Source: Melioribacteraceae bacterium
Lineage (GTDB): Bacteria; Bacteroidota; Ignavibacteria; Ignavibacteriales; Melioribacteraceae
Reading direction: 5' to 3'
Length of the DNA stretch: 64,000 nucleotides
Assembly (NCBI GenBank): GCA_030584085.1
Contig: CP129490.1
Span: 589,511 to 653,510, forward strand
Notes under the pieces: model-generated
Seen by the model: the letters and a program-made list of their open reading frames with translations, nothing else
Database searches by the model: none
Told to the model about the DNA's origin: nothing
Program-made: the position numbers and the translations under genes
Shown: positions 19,339 to 28,344 of the stretch, one piece after another
Numbering within the stretch: position 1 is the stretch's first letter
Layout: each line of letters opens with the position of its first letter

Positions 19339-19689
19339 TTAACCTCCTGACTTAATGACGTTTTGAAGATTTTTATAATAACCGCTGACTCGCTTAGATG
19401 CGAATTTGAAGTTGATTGTATTCTTTGCCAGTTCTGACATCTCTTGTTCAATATTTACTCCACTTTCTTCCGTGGTAAAAGGATCATTAACGATAGAATT
19501 GATAGTAGAGTTTTCAATGCTTGAGTGAGATGTTGTTTTGTTCAACTGATTTTGCAGATATGATTGAAAATTCACATCACGTCGTTTGTAATCAGCTGTA
19601 TTAAGGTTAGCTATATTCTGATTAATTACTTTACTCTTATCAGAGCAGTAATTCATAAACGATTCTAAAAGTTTGATATTGCTTGCCAT
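19339..19689 (-). CDS. flgB: Flagellar proximal rod protein FlgB
   Basis: 116 aa. Contains SKVINQNIANLNTADYKRRDV, with C-terminal EMSELAKNTINFKFASKRVSGYYKNLQ. Confidence 0.9.
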   Translation of the reverse strand: MASNIKLLESFMNYCSDKSKVINQNIANLNTADYKRRDVNFQSYLQNQLNKTTSHSSIENSTINSIVNDPFTTEESGVNIEQEMSELAKNTINFKFASKRVSGYYKNLQNVIKSGG

Positions 19690-19715
19690 CAGAATTTCCT
19701 TTTTTGTAATGAAAA

Positions 19716-19731
19716 GTCAATTCTGATGCCA
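19716..19731 (-). promoter_or_regulatory. Sigma-54-like promoter candidate upstream of the flgB operon (non-canonical -12)
   Basis: Minus-strand reading is TGGCATcagaaTTGAC, 26 nt upstream of the flgB ATG, with an AAGGAA SD in between. Confidence 0.4.
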
Positions 19732-19808
19732 GGTGTTAAACGGGGATTTTAAGCAATTTTTAAAGATTTTCGAAGTATTTGTGGCTAAAATTGTGCAGTT
19801 GGGAGATA

Positions 19809-20054
19809 TTACTCATTGTAATCTAAGCTGATTGTTTTAGTTTCACCGCATGAACAGACGAATTTAATTTCTTTTACCTGATCATTTTCATCCTTTTTTA
19901 AGAGGACACGAACTCCATCATCATGTTCATCATGGTATTCAATTTTTGTACTTCCGGCATGATGTATTTCATTTTTCTTAATTACGTTGCCGGAGTTCTT
20001 CTTACTAGAATTAATTACTTCTCTGTATGTGTTTTCTATAAATGAATCAGACAT
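19809..20054 (-). CDS. Hypothetical 81-aa protein translationally coupled to cheB
   Basis: The ATG overlaps the cheB 3' end by 8 nt. His/Asp-rich centre (HHAGSTKIEYHDEHDDG) and a CSC motif. No family recognised. Confidence 0.45.
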   Translation of the reverse strand: MSDSFIENTYREVINSSKKNSGNVIKKNEIHHAGSTKIEYHDEHDDGVRVLLKKDENDQVKEIKFVCSCGETKTISLDYNE

Positions 20055-21129
20055 ATCGAACCACCAAATTATTTATTGTTTCTGGAATTTTTTCTAATGA
20101 TAAAACTGCATCGGCAAGATTGCAGTCAACTATTGCTTTAGGCATTCCGTAAACTACACATGTTTCTTCATCCTGTGCAATTGCATAGCCGTCAAGTTTT
20201 TTAAGAATTTTTATTGCTTCTAAACCGTCTTTACCCATGCCGGTCATAATTATACCGAGTGTGTTTTTACCATAAATTTTTATTACCGAATCCATCATTA
20301 CATCCACCGATGGTTTGTGTAAAGTATCAGAAGGCTCATCGGAGATTAAAATGCTGCTGCTTCCGTTATGTTGAACAACTACCATATGTTTCCCACCGGG
20401 GGCAATATAAACTGTTCCGCCTTTTACAGTTTCTCCATGTTCGGCTTCTTTAACTCTTAGTTTACTCATACTGTTTAATCTTTCCGATAACGATTGTGTA
20501 AACTTTGGAGGCATGTGCTGCACGATAAAAATTGGAATATTTATTCTTTCTGAAAGCTGCGGAATAACTTTTTGTAATGATAATGGTCCGCCTGTGGAAA
20601 TCCCAATTGCAATTGCCGAATATATAAAGCGTGGTAATAAAACTCGTGTTCTTTTATTTATGGGTGCAGTTTCTGTAGTTGGCACTACTCTGTTTGAAAC
20701 TATGCGGTTAAGTCTATTTTTTAATCTGGACTGTCTGCCGATAGTTTTTACTTTACTGATAATGTCTTCTTTTATCTTGATAATATTTACATTAACAAAG
20801 GAGAGTTCTTTCGGAATAAAATCAACGGCACCAAGTTCCATTGCTTTAAGAGTAGATTCCGCACCTTCCGAAGTTAGTGAACTTACCATAATAACAGCAG
20901 TCGGACATTCTTGCATTATTTTCTTTAATGCAGTAAGTCCATCCATCCTTGGCATTTCGATATCTAAAGTAACAACATCTGGACGATGCTTTTTAATTAG
21001 TTCTATACCTTGAATACCATCACGAGCAGTATCAACAATTTCAATTTGAGGATCACTCTCCAGCATAATTTGGAGAGATTTTCTCATAAAAGCAGAATCG
21101 TCTATAATGAGTGTCTTAATTTTATCCAT
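20047..21129 (-). CDS. cheB: Chemotaxis methylesterase/response regulator CheB
   Basis: 360 aa. N-terminal REC domain (TLDIEMPRMDG) and C-terminal methylesterase domain (IAIGISTGGP, GMGKDG). Confidence 0.95.
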   Translation of the reverse strand: MDKIKTLIIDDSAFMRKSLQIMLESDPQIEIVDTARDGIQGIELIKKHRPDVVTLDIEMPRMDGLTALKKIMQECPTAVIMVSSLTSEGAESTLKAMELGAVDFIPKELSFVNVNIIKIKEDIISKVKTIGRQSRLKNRLNRIVSNRVVPTTETAPINKRTRVLLPRFIYSAIAIGISTGGPLSLQKVIPQLSERINIPIFIVQHMPPKFTQSLSERLNSMSKLRVKEAEHGETVKGGTVYIAPGGKHMVVVQHNGSSSILISDEPSDTLHKPSVDVMMDSVIKIYGKNTLGIIMTGMGKDGLEAIKILKKLDGYAIAQDEETCVVYGMPKAIVDCNLADAVLSLEKIPETINNLVVRYV

Positions 21130-21131
21130 TT

Positions 21132-22934
21132 TTATTTAGCAGAAATGAAGTGAAGAATTTCACCAATGTCTAATATCATCACAACAGTTCCGTCCCCCAT
21201 AATTGTTGAACCGGCTAATCCATTTATGTTGCCAAGATAATTACCGAGTGTCTTAATTACAATTTCTTTTTGCCCGATCAATTCATCAACTTTAATCCCA
21301 AATCTTTGTTCGGCAATACCAACAGTTACAACATGTTGGTAAACTCTATCATCTTGAGCGTGAGATTTTCCATACATTATTTCATCTACATCAATTAAAG
21401 GTATAATTTGATCGCGAACTTTAATTACTTCTTTTCCGTTAATTGATTTAATATCCTCGATATGCATTCGTACAACTTCTAAAACGGAGTTTAGCGGAAT
21501 CACAATTGTTTCGCCGTTTACTTTTACTACCATACCGGAAATTATTGCTAAGGTTAAAGGTAGCTTTATCTTTACAGTTGTTCCTATATTTACTTCGGAT
21601 TCTATATCAATTATACCGCGAAGTTTTTTCACATTTGTGCGAACTACATCCATCCCAACGCCACGACCAGAAATATTTGTAACCTTTTCAGCCGTAGAAA
21701 AACCGGGCATAAAAATTATATTGAAGGCTTCTTGCTTTGTAAGTTCTTTTGCTTTTTCTTCTGTTAGCAATCCTTTTGCAATAGCTTTTGCTTTTAATTT
21801 TTCCGGATCGATTCCTTTACCATCGTCTTTTATTGCGATAACAATATTATTACCTTCTTGACTTGCTGATAAGGTAATAGTTCCTTGCGGATCTTTACCT
21901 AAACTCTTTCTTTCCTCAGGGGATTCAATTCCATGATCAATTGAATTTCTTACAAGGTGAACAAGCGGATCGTTTATTTCTTCGATCAATGTCTTATCAA
22001 GTTCTGTCTCTTCACCGAAGATATCAAGTTTAATATTTTTCTGAGTGTCTCTTGCTAAATCTCTGACCAATCTGGGAAACCGGTTAAAAACTTTTCCGAT
22101 TTTAACCATTCTTGTTTTCATTACAACAAGCTGTAGTTCATTTGTCATCAAATCAATTTGTTTTGTAGCATCTGCTAAGTCTCGCGCAATTTGTGTCCCT
22201 TCAAAACTTAAGGTTGCATGATTGTTTACTTGCTGTAATTGATTTCTTCCCAATACAAGTTCGGAAACAATATTTAATAGTTCGTCCAAGCGTTCTACAT
22301 CGACACGAATCGTCGAATCGGTTTTGCTTTGTGATAAAGCTTTTTTAACTGACTGATCACTTGATGAACTGTTCTCAACTTGATTTGTTTCCGCTTCCCT
22401 TAACTCTTCTTGATCATTTTCTATTAGTTCATTTTCAACTTTTTCTTTAGACTTTACTTCTGCTTTTTTCTTACGACTTGCTTTTTTAGGTTTTTCTGTT
22501 TCTTCAACTTTTCCTTCCAATACAGATAGAACTCTATCAAGCTCTTTTAATGTTTTTGTTACATTTACATTCTCTGTTTTCTCCTTTTCTATACAGGCAA
22601 CTATCGCTTGTATAGAGTCAAAAGAAAGCAAGATTGTATCCATCAGGTCAGAGTTTAATTTTGCTTCGCCTTTACGCAGCTTATTAAGAATATCTTCGCA
22701 TTTGTGCGTTACAGTTTGCAGTTTCTCTAAACCTAAAAATCCCGACGTACCTTTGATCGTGTGGAAAGCACGAAAGATTTGGTTAAGCAAATCAAGATCA
22801 TTTGAATTTTGCTCTAGTTCTACTAAATCTTTATTAAGGTTTTCAAAGATTTCTTTTGTCTCTTCCAAAAATGAATCTACAATTTCTTTCATTTCCGGAT
22901 CAACTAGCATTTCGTAATTGTTTTGTTCGCTCAT
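21132..22934 (-). CDS. cheA: Chemotaxis histidine kinase CheA
   Basis: 600 aa. Hpt domain (FRAFHTIKGTSGFLGL), charged linker, dimerisation domain, HATPase (DDGKGID, GRGVGMDVV) and a C-terminal CheW-like domain. Confidence 0.95.
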   Translation of the reverse strand: MSEQNNYEMLVDPEMKEIVDSFLEETKEIFENLNKDLVELEQNSNDLDLLNQIFRAFHTIKGTSGFLGLEKLQTVTHKCEDILNKLRKGEAKLNSDLMDTILLSFDSIQAIVACIEKEKTENVNVTKTLKELDRVLSVLEGKVEETEKPKKASRKKKAEVKSKEKVENELIENDQEELREAETNQVENSSSSDQSVKKALSQSKTDSTIRVDVERLDELLNIVSELVLGRNQLQQVNNHATLSFEGTQIARDLADATKQIDLMTNELQLVVMKTRMVKIGKVFNRFPRLVRDLARDTQKNIKLDIFGEETELDKTLIEEINDPLVHLVRNSIDHGIESPEERKSLGKDPQGTITLSASQEGNNIVIAIKDDGKGIDPEKLKAKAIAKGLLTEEKAKELTKQEAFNIIFMPGFSTAEKVTNISGRGVGMDVVRTNVKKLRGIIDIESEVNIGTTVKIKLPLTLAIISGMVVKVNGETIVIPLNSVLEVVRMHIEDIKSINGKEVIKVRDQIIPLIDVDEIMYGKSHAQDDRVYQHVVTVGIAEQRFGIKVDELIGQKEIVIKTLGNYLGNINGLAGSTIMGDGTVVMILDIGEILHFISAK

Positions 22935-22939
22935 AGTTT

Positions 22940-23695
22940 TTATGAAAATAGTTTATCAATCTCTTCTTGAGAAGCGTTGTAATTTTCGTTAACTAATGTA
23001 TCTGCCATATCTTGTCTGCTTGTTTCTTTGTTATATTTTGCTTCCGGGTCGAAGGCAACGTTTTCAAATCCGTTGCTATCTCCTTTGGTTAATTCTTTTA
23101 TTTCACTTTCACTTAAATTGCTGATTAAAGATGATAGTTTATCTTGCACAGATTCAATTAGATGATTTACCGCGGCTAATTGTTGTGAAGTAATATCTTG
23201 TACTTGAAGCGAAATCGTAATGTTATATGCATCGTTTTTGACCTTTGAAATATTTGTAAGTGTATTTGAGATCAAGGTTTCGGCGTTCAAATTCTCTTTT
23301 AGCTCTTTTAGTTTTAACTGTGCTATCGGATTATCAATTACTAAGTTTACTATATCATCTATTGCTGAGATCTGCTTAAGTTCTCTTGATTGCAATTCAT
23401 GAATTTGCTTTTCTACCGAGCCCAGGTCATCTGAAATTGTATCTACCAAATCAAGAATTTCAGTTGTTGCGAGTTCGGTTGCGTTTGTAACATCATTTAT
23501 GTGATGTTTAGCTTTGGGAATTTTATTTGTGCTTTCGGCAATTGATTTATTGATATTTTCTAGTAGGGGAACGGTATCTCTCATAAAATCAATTAAACTA
23601 TGGATGACGGGTATTATCTTTTGTCCATAAACAAAAACGGATTTTAGATCATCCAATTTTTCGAAAAGCTTAACCATTGTTGATTCTTGTGACAT
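22940..23695 (-). CDS. cheZ: CheZ-like CheY-P phosphatase
   Basis: 251 aa. Catalytic-motif-like VQDITSQQL (compare E. coli FQDLTGQVI). The C-terminal peptide NASQEEIDKLFS resembles the CheZ CheY-binding tail ASQDQVDDLLDSLGF. Adjacent to cheY. Confidence 0.65.
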   Translation of the reverse strand: MSQESTMVKLFEKLDDLKSVFVYGQKIIPVIHSLIDFMRDTVPLLENINKSIAESTNKIPKAKHHINDVTNATELATTEILDLVDTISDDLGSVEKQIHELQSRELKQISAIDDIVNLVIDNPIAQLKLKELKENLNAETLISNTLTNISKVKNDAYNITISLQVQDITSQQLAAVNHLIESVQDKLSSLISNLSESEIKELTKGDSNGFENVAFDPEAKYNKETSRQDMADTLVNENYNASQEEIDKLFS

Positions 23696-23712
23696 TGTTT
23701 CTCCGTTTTAAG

Positions 23713-24084
23713 TTAGCCAAGTATAGCTTCAATTTTTTCTTTAAGAATTTGTGGAGTGAAAGGTTTCACAATGTAGTTGTTTACTTTTGCCGCAAGTGCT
23801 TCCATGATATCATCTTTTACGCCACGGGTTGTTACCATTAAAACCGGGAGGTTCTTTAGTTTCTCATCACCTCGTATGCTTTTAATTAATTCCAATCCTG
23901 AAAATACCGGCATATTCCAATCGGTAATAACAAAGTTTATAGATTCATCGGCTGCTAATTTATCTAGGGCATCTTTGCCATCAGCGGCTTCAACAAAATC
24001 GTTATACCCGAGATTTTTTAGTGAATTAGCAACAATTCTTCTCATTGTTACCGAATCATCAACGACTAAAAACTTAATGCTCAT
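23713..24084 (-). CDS. cheY: Chemotaxis response regulator CheY
   Basis: 123 aa single REC domain. Motifs: VVDDS, TDWNMP, IVKPF. Confidence 0.9.
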   Translation of the reverse strand: MSIKFLVVDDSVTMRRIVANSLKNLGYNDFVEAADGKDALDKLAADESINFVITDWNMPVFSGLELIKSIRGDEKLKNLPVLMVTTRGVKDDIMEALAAKVNNYIVKPFTPQILKEKIEAILG

Positions 24085-24096
24085 TTCAATTCTCCT

Positions 24097-24462
24097 CTAA
24101 TTTAAATACTTAGAAACTTCGTAGAGTATTCTGCTTGGATCAAATGGTTTAATAAGATATGAATTAGCTCCAATGCTAAGACCTTTGTTAACTTCTTCTT
24201 GAGAGCTAAGTGAACTCAATATAATAATTGGAATATCTCTGTATTGATCGTTTTCACGAATCTTTGAGATCAACTCGAAGCCATCAACATTCGGCATATT
24301 TAAATCTGTAATTACCAGATCAATATTTTTTTGCGGTAATTTTTCAAGAGCTTCCATTCCGTCAGAAACCGGTATGATCTCAAAACCTTTTACGGTTAAT
24401 GAAAAAGAAACAAATTTTCTAATTGTAGCCGAATCATCAGCAACTAAAATAACTTTCTTCAT
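24097..24462 (-). CDS. Second single-domain response regulator (CheY-like)
   Basis: 121 aa REC domain. Motifs: VADDS, TDLNMPNVDG, LIKPF. Confidence 0.85.
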   Translation of the reverse strand: MKKVILVADDSATIRKFVSFSLTVKGFEIIPVSDGMEALEKLPQKNIDLVITDLNMPNVDGFELISKIRENDQYRDIPIIILSSLSSQEEVNKGLSIGANSYLIKPFDPSRILYEVSKYLN

Positions 24463-24471
24463 TTCCTCGAA

Positions 24472-25365
24472 TTACTCCTTTTTGTAACCGATTGTTTTAG
24501 GGAAACTTATTACTTGAAAAGCTTTGGATATACTATGAAGTGTTTCCGAATATCCTATAAACAAATAACCACCGTTGTTTAGTGAATTATATAAATGTGA
24601 TACTACTTTTATTTTTGATTTCAAATCAAAATAGATAAGAACATTTGCACAGAAAATTATATCATAATTTATCATACTCTTCATGGCTAAATCATCATAC
24701 AAGTTTAGAATCTTAAATTTGACCATGTTTGTAATCTTACTATCCAATTGAAATGAATTGTCATTCATCTTAAAATATTTTTTTAGATAGTATGACGGAG
24801 TTTGTCGAACAGAATATTCTTTATAGTTTCCGCTCTTAGCTGTATTAATAACTTGCTGACTGAGATCAGTTCCAACAATTTCATAATTGTAGCTTGGATA
24901 TGTCGGTTTAATTAAGTCATCTATAATCATTGCCACTGAATAGGCTTCTTCGCCTGAAGAGCTCGCGGCACTCCATATTTTAATTGTCTTGTTCCCGGTT
25001 TTTTCTTTTTTGGCAATTATCTCCGGTATTACTTTAGAAATTAAAGCCTCAAGTTGAGGTTGATTACGGAAGAAGAATGTTTCATTAATTGTAATGGCTT
25101 CGTATAAGTATTTATGTTCATCACTAAGTCTATCACGATTCTTCAAATAGTCCAAATATTGTTCAAAAGTTTCTAAGCCTAAGAATTTAATTCTCTTCTG
25201 TAATCTACTTTCCAGCAAGTATTTTTTATTGTCTTGAAAATAAATGCCACATTTTTCATAAATATATGATCGCCATTTTTCAAAAGATTCAATGGAAAGC
25301 TTAATGTCATTCGTAACATTTAGTAATGAACTAATTCCTAAAGCTGAAGATGATTGTTCAATCAT
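24472..25365 (-). CDS. cheR: Chemotaxis protein methyltransferase CheR
   Basis: 297 aa. CheR N-terminal helical domain plus SAM-binding domain (IWSAASSSGEEAYS, CANVLIYFD). Confidence 0.9.
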   Translation of the reverse strand: MIEQSSSALGISSLLNVTNDIKLSIESFEKWRSYIYEKCGIYFQDNKKYLLESRLQKRIKFLGLETFEQYLDYLKNRDRLSDEHKYLYEAITINETFFFRNQPQLEALISKVIPEIIAKKEKTGNKTIKIWSAASSSGEEAYSVAMIIDDLIKPTYPSYNYEIVGTDLSQQVINTAKSGNYKEYSVRQTPSYYLKKYFKMNDNSFQLDSKITNMVKFKILNLYDDLAMKSMINYDIIFCANVLIYFDLKSKIKVVSHLYNSLNNGGYLFIGYSETLHSISKAFQVISFPKTIGYKKE

Positions 25366-25382
25366 ATCTTGTCTTCTGTCTC

Positions 25383-26762
25383 TTAATTGTAAATAGAAGT
25401 TTTTTGATCTAACAAATCCGCTGCACGTTCACTGACCATTACTTCATTATCTTTTGATAATTGTTGGAGTAACGGGTTCACGATTTCATCGTTTATTTCC
25501 GCAAGGTTATCAATCAATCTTATTTTATTCCAAAGATTATCGTCGCTTAACATTTTATCGGCGAATAACACTGCTGTTTTATAGTCTATTTTAAAGAGTA
25601 AATTCATTGTTAATCTTCTTGCTTCTTCATCCGGATGATCTAAGTAGCTTGAGAGAGAGTCTATTAAACTTCTTACTTGTAAGCCGTTTAATATTTTGCT
25701 GATCGGTTCATCTATTGAATCGATAACTTCACTTAATAGCCCAAGAATATTCCCGGCATTTTTAAGATCCATTTTCAGTAAGGACGAGAAACCAATTAAT
25801 GCATGTTCTTTATTTTCGAGAACTTTTACTCTTAGAATTTCGTCGAGCTCAAAATCATCACCCAGAGTAGTTAATGCGGCTGTTAAAATCTCTTTATCAT
25901 TAAATTCTTTTAATAGAAGGATTGCTGCTTTTTTAAACTCGGGCTGTGCTTCGTATAGAGTATTTAAAATTGCATTTCTTACTTTTTCGTCATAAGGAAC
26001 ATCCAAATCAAGTTTATCTTTTAAAGATGCGATTGAATTCACGAGCACCCAGATCAGCGGTCCGTTTGCTGAGTGTAATTCTGAGATTAAGAAGAAAAAT
26101 GTATCAACGTTACCAATTAATCCTAAACTTTCTATTATCGCGAACTTTGTTAATTCATCTTCTTCGGGATACTTAGCAATCATAAAATCTAATGCTTTTT
26201 TCGAGCCTATTTTACCAAGAGCTTCATTTACTGTCGGTTTATAAAGTTCATCTTCCTCGTAACATTTCATTGCTAGATCAACGGCTTTTTCGGATTTAAT
26301 ATTTCCAAGTGCTTCTAAACAGGAAAGTTTAACATTACCATCTTCTGTTTTACGAAGTATCTCAAGAATCGGTTCTTCTGCTGATTTATCTTTTATTAAA
26401 CCAAGCAGATCGATGATAAACTTCTGGTCATCATAGCAAGTATTACCATTTAGGTAATCCAATAATGGAGTTACAGAAGGGCTGCCAATCATGACTAAAA
26501 TTTCACCGGCTAAATTTCTTGCAGCAATGTCTGCTGAGGAAATATATTTAACGAGAATTGCCGGAATTCTGTCATCGTTACTGTTAGCTAAAAGAATAGT
26601 TATACTATTTCTTACACCCTTATCTTGGTCTGTGAGAATTGAAAGAAGGAGTTCCAGAATTTCATCAGCTAATTCATTTGTAGAAATTTGTTGTAATAAT
26701 TCAATTTTCTGTTGAGGTTCAGCTTGCTCTAAAAAATTGGTTAGCTCAGATAATGTTGACAC
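25383..26762 (-). CDS. HEAT-repeat protein, first gene of the che operon
   Basis: 459 aa, GTG start. Repeated HEAT/PBS-lyase-like units (VRNSITILLANS, ARNLAGEILVMIGSP, LEALGNIKSEKAV, NEALGKIGSKKAL, IIESLGLIGNVD). Confidence 0.75.
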   Translation of the reverse strand: MSTLSELTNFLEQAEPQQKIELLQQISTNELADEILELLLSILTDQDKGVRNSITILLANSNDDRIPAILVKYISSADIAARNLAGEILVMIGSPSVTPLLDYLNGNTCYDDQKFIIDLLGLIKDKSAEEPILEILRKTEDGNVKLSCLEALGNIKSEKAVDLAMKCYEEDELYKPTVNEALGKIGSKKALDFMIAKYPEEDELTKFAIIESLGLIGNVDTFFFLISELHSANGPLIWVLVNSIASLKDKLDLDVPYDEKVRNAILNTLYEAQPEFKKAAILLLKEFNDKEILTAALTTLGDDFELDEILRVKVLENKEHALIGFSSLLKMDLKNAGNILGLLSEVIDSIDEPISKILNGLQVRSLIDSLSSYLDHPDEEARRLTMNLLFKIDYKTAVLFADKMLSDDNLWNKIRLIDNLAEINDEIVNPLLQQLSKDNEVMVSERAADLLDQKTSIYN

Positions 26763-26779
26763 TTTGTCTCTCTTATTTC

Positions 26780-26806
26780 TATCGGAAAATTTAATCTTGG
26801 TTTTAT
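26780..26806 (-). promoter_or_regulatory. Sigma-28 (FliA)-type promoter candidate for the che operon
   Basis: Minus-strand reading is TAAA-N15-tCCGATAg (consensus TAAA-N15-GCCGATAA), ending 18 nt before the GTG start at 26762. Confidence 0.45.
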
Positions 26807-26841
26807 AATCGAAATATTTTTACAAAAATTTATAGCTGAGA

Positions 26842-26856
26842 GACAAATTTAATGCC
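26842..26856 (-). promoter_or_regulatory. Weak sigma-54-like motif upstream of the che operon
   Basis: Minus-strand reading is aGGCATtaaatTTGTC. Same GG-N10-G(T/A) pattern as the other candidates, but the -24 box is also imperfect. Confidence 0.2.
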
Positions 26857-26946
26857 TGTGAATAGGGTTATTTTTTGAGGAAAATGAGGGTTTGAGCTAA
26901 TTTAATTGTATAATATTAGCCAAGTGATCATTCGATGCTGAAATGA

Positions 26947-28344
26947 TCACTCAATACTTTTTGTAACCGAAATTCCAAGCTGTTCCATTCTATAACGCAA
27001 TTTTGATCTGGATAATCCAAGCACTTTAGCGGCTTGTACTTGATTTCCTTTAGTTATTTTGAGTGTTTTTAAGATTAGGTCCTTAACAACGTCGTCAATC
27101 TTTATACCTTTTGGGGGGATTTTCAGAATGAAACTATCCGATTGTTTATCTTCTGCCGAATAAATTCCACTCATGAAACTCAAGAAATGAGATTTAATTG
27201 TTTTCTCTTCGTCATCAATCAGAAGAATTGCTCGTTCAATAACATTTCGTAATTCTCTTATGTTTCCTTTCCATGGATAAGATTTCAATCTCTCCATTGC
27301 TTCGGATTCTATATCATTAACTCTCTTTTGAAATTTATTATTGAATTCTGATAAAAACGAATATGACAATGCAGGAATATCTTCAATTCTTTCACGAAGA
27401 GGGGGGATTTCTATTTTTGCCACATTTAATCTGAAATATAAATCCTCTCTAAAATTGCCTGCTCTTATTTCATCTTCAAGATTTTTATTTGTTGCGGCTA
27501 AAACTCTTACATCAACTTCAACTTCTTTTTCACCACCGACTCTAAAGAATTTTCTTTCCTGTAAAACACGCAATAATTTAACCTGAAGATCAAGTGTTAA
27601 TTCACCAATTTCATCCAGCAATATTGTGCCATTGTTTGCAAGTTCAAACTTTCCGAGTTTAGTTTTTTGAGCTGCTCCGGTAAAAGCTCCTTTTTCATGA
27701 CCGAATAATTCACTTTCAGCTAAGTCTTTTGGTATTGTAGCGCAGTTAATTTGAATAAAGTTATTATTTTTTCTTGGACTGTTTTGATGTATAAATTTTG
27801 CAAACACTTCTTTTCCGGTTCCACTTTCTCCTTCAATAAGAATTGTTGTATCCGAACTTTTTGCAAGTTTTTGAGCAGTTTTTACTATTCTTTGAATTTT
27901 GTTACTCTTCCCAAAAAACTCAGGAGAAAGTTCATCTTGCTTCAATAATGTATGTAATGCTTCGACTTCTTGTTTTAGTCTAAGATTTTCAGAAGTCTTC
28001 TTTAAAACATTATTAAGTTGTTCTAGATCAAGTGGTTTTAAAAGAAAGTCGTGTGCCCCAGATTTTATGGCATTTACAGCAATATCAACATCTGCGTAAC
28101 CGGTGATCATAATAACCGGGATTTCGGTATGTTTTGCTTTAATCTCCTTTAAAATTTCTAAACCATTGTGAGTTGTAAGATAAATATCGAGTAAAACTAT
28201 ATCGGGATCAAAACTGCGAATGCTATCAAATACTTCGTCTCCATTGAGGCAAACTTCAACGTTATAGTTTAGCCTTGTTAATGCCTTTTTCAGCGACATA
28301 CATACTAGTTGATCATCATCCACAATTAAAATTTTATTCAACAT
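26947..28344 (-). CDS. Sigma-54-dependent response regulator (NtrC family; FlrC/FleR/FlgR-like by context)
   Basis: 465 aa. REC domain, AAA+ domain (GESGTGKE, ESELFGHEKGAFTGA) and a C-terminal Fis-type HTH (AAKVLGLSRSKLRYRMEQLGI). Confidence 0.9.
   Translation of the reverse strand: MLNKILIVDDDQLVCMSLKKALTRLNYNVEVCLNGDEVFDSIRSFDPDIVLLDIYLTTHNGLEILKEIKAKHTEIPVIMITGYADVDIAVNAIKSGAHDFLLKPLDLEQLNNVLKKTSENLRLKQEVEALHTLLKQDELSPEFFGKSNKIQRIVKTAQKLAKSSDTTILIEGESGTGKEVFAKFIHQNSPRKNNNFIQINCATIPKDLAESELFGHEKGAFTGAAQKTKLGKFELANNGTILLDEIGELTLDLQVKLLRVLQERKFFRVGGEKEVEVDVRVLAATNKNLEDEIRAGNFREDLYFRLNVAKIEIPPLRERIEDIPALSYSFLSEFNNKFQKRVNDIESEAMERLKSYPWKGNIRELRNVIERAILLIDDEEKTIKSHFLSFMSGIYSAEDKQSDSFILKIPPKGIKIDDVVKDLILKTLKITKGNQVQAAKVLGLSRSKLRYRMEQLGISVTKSIE

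Noticed and set aside
20513-21013. 166-aa plus-strand ORF
   Set aside because: It is antisense to the well-supported cheB coding frame. Long antisense ORFs are expected in AT-rich DNA with few stop codons on the opposite strand of some frames.
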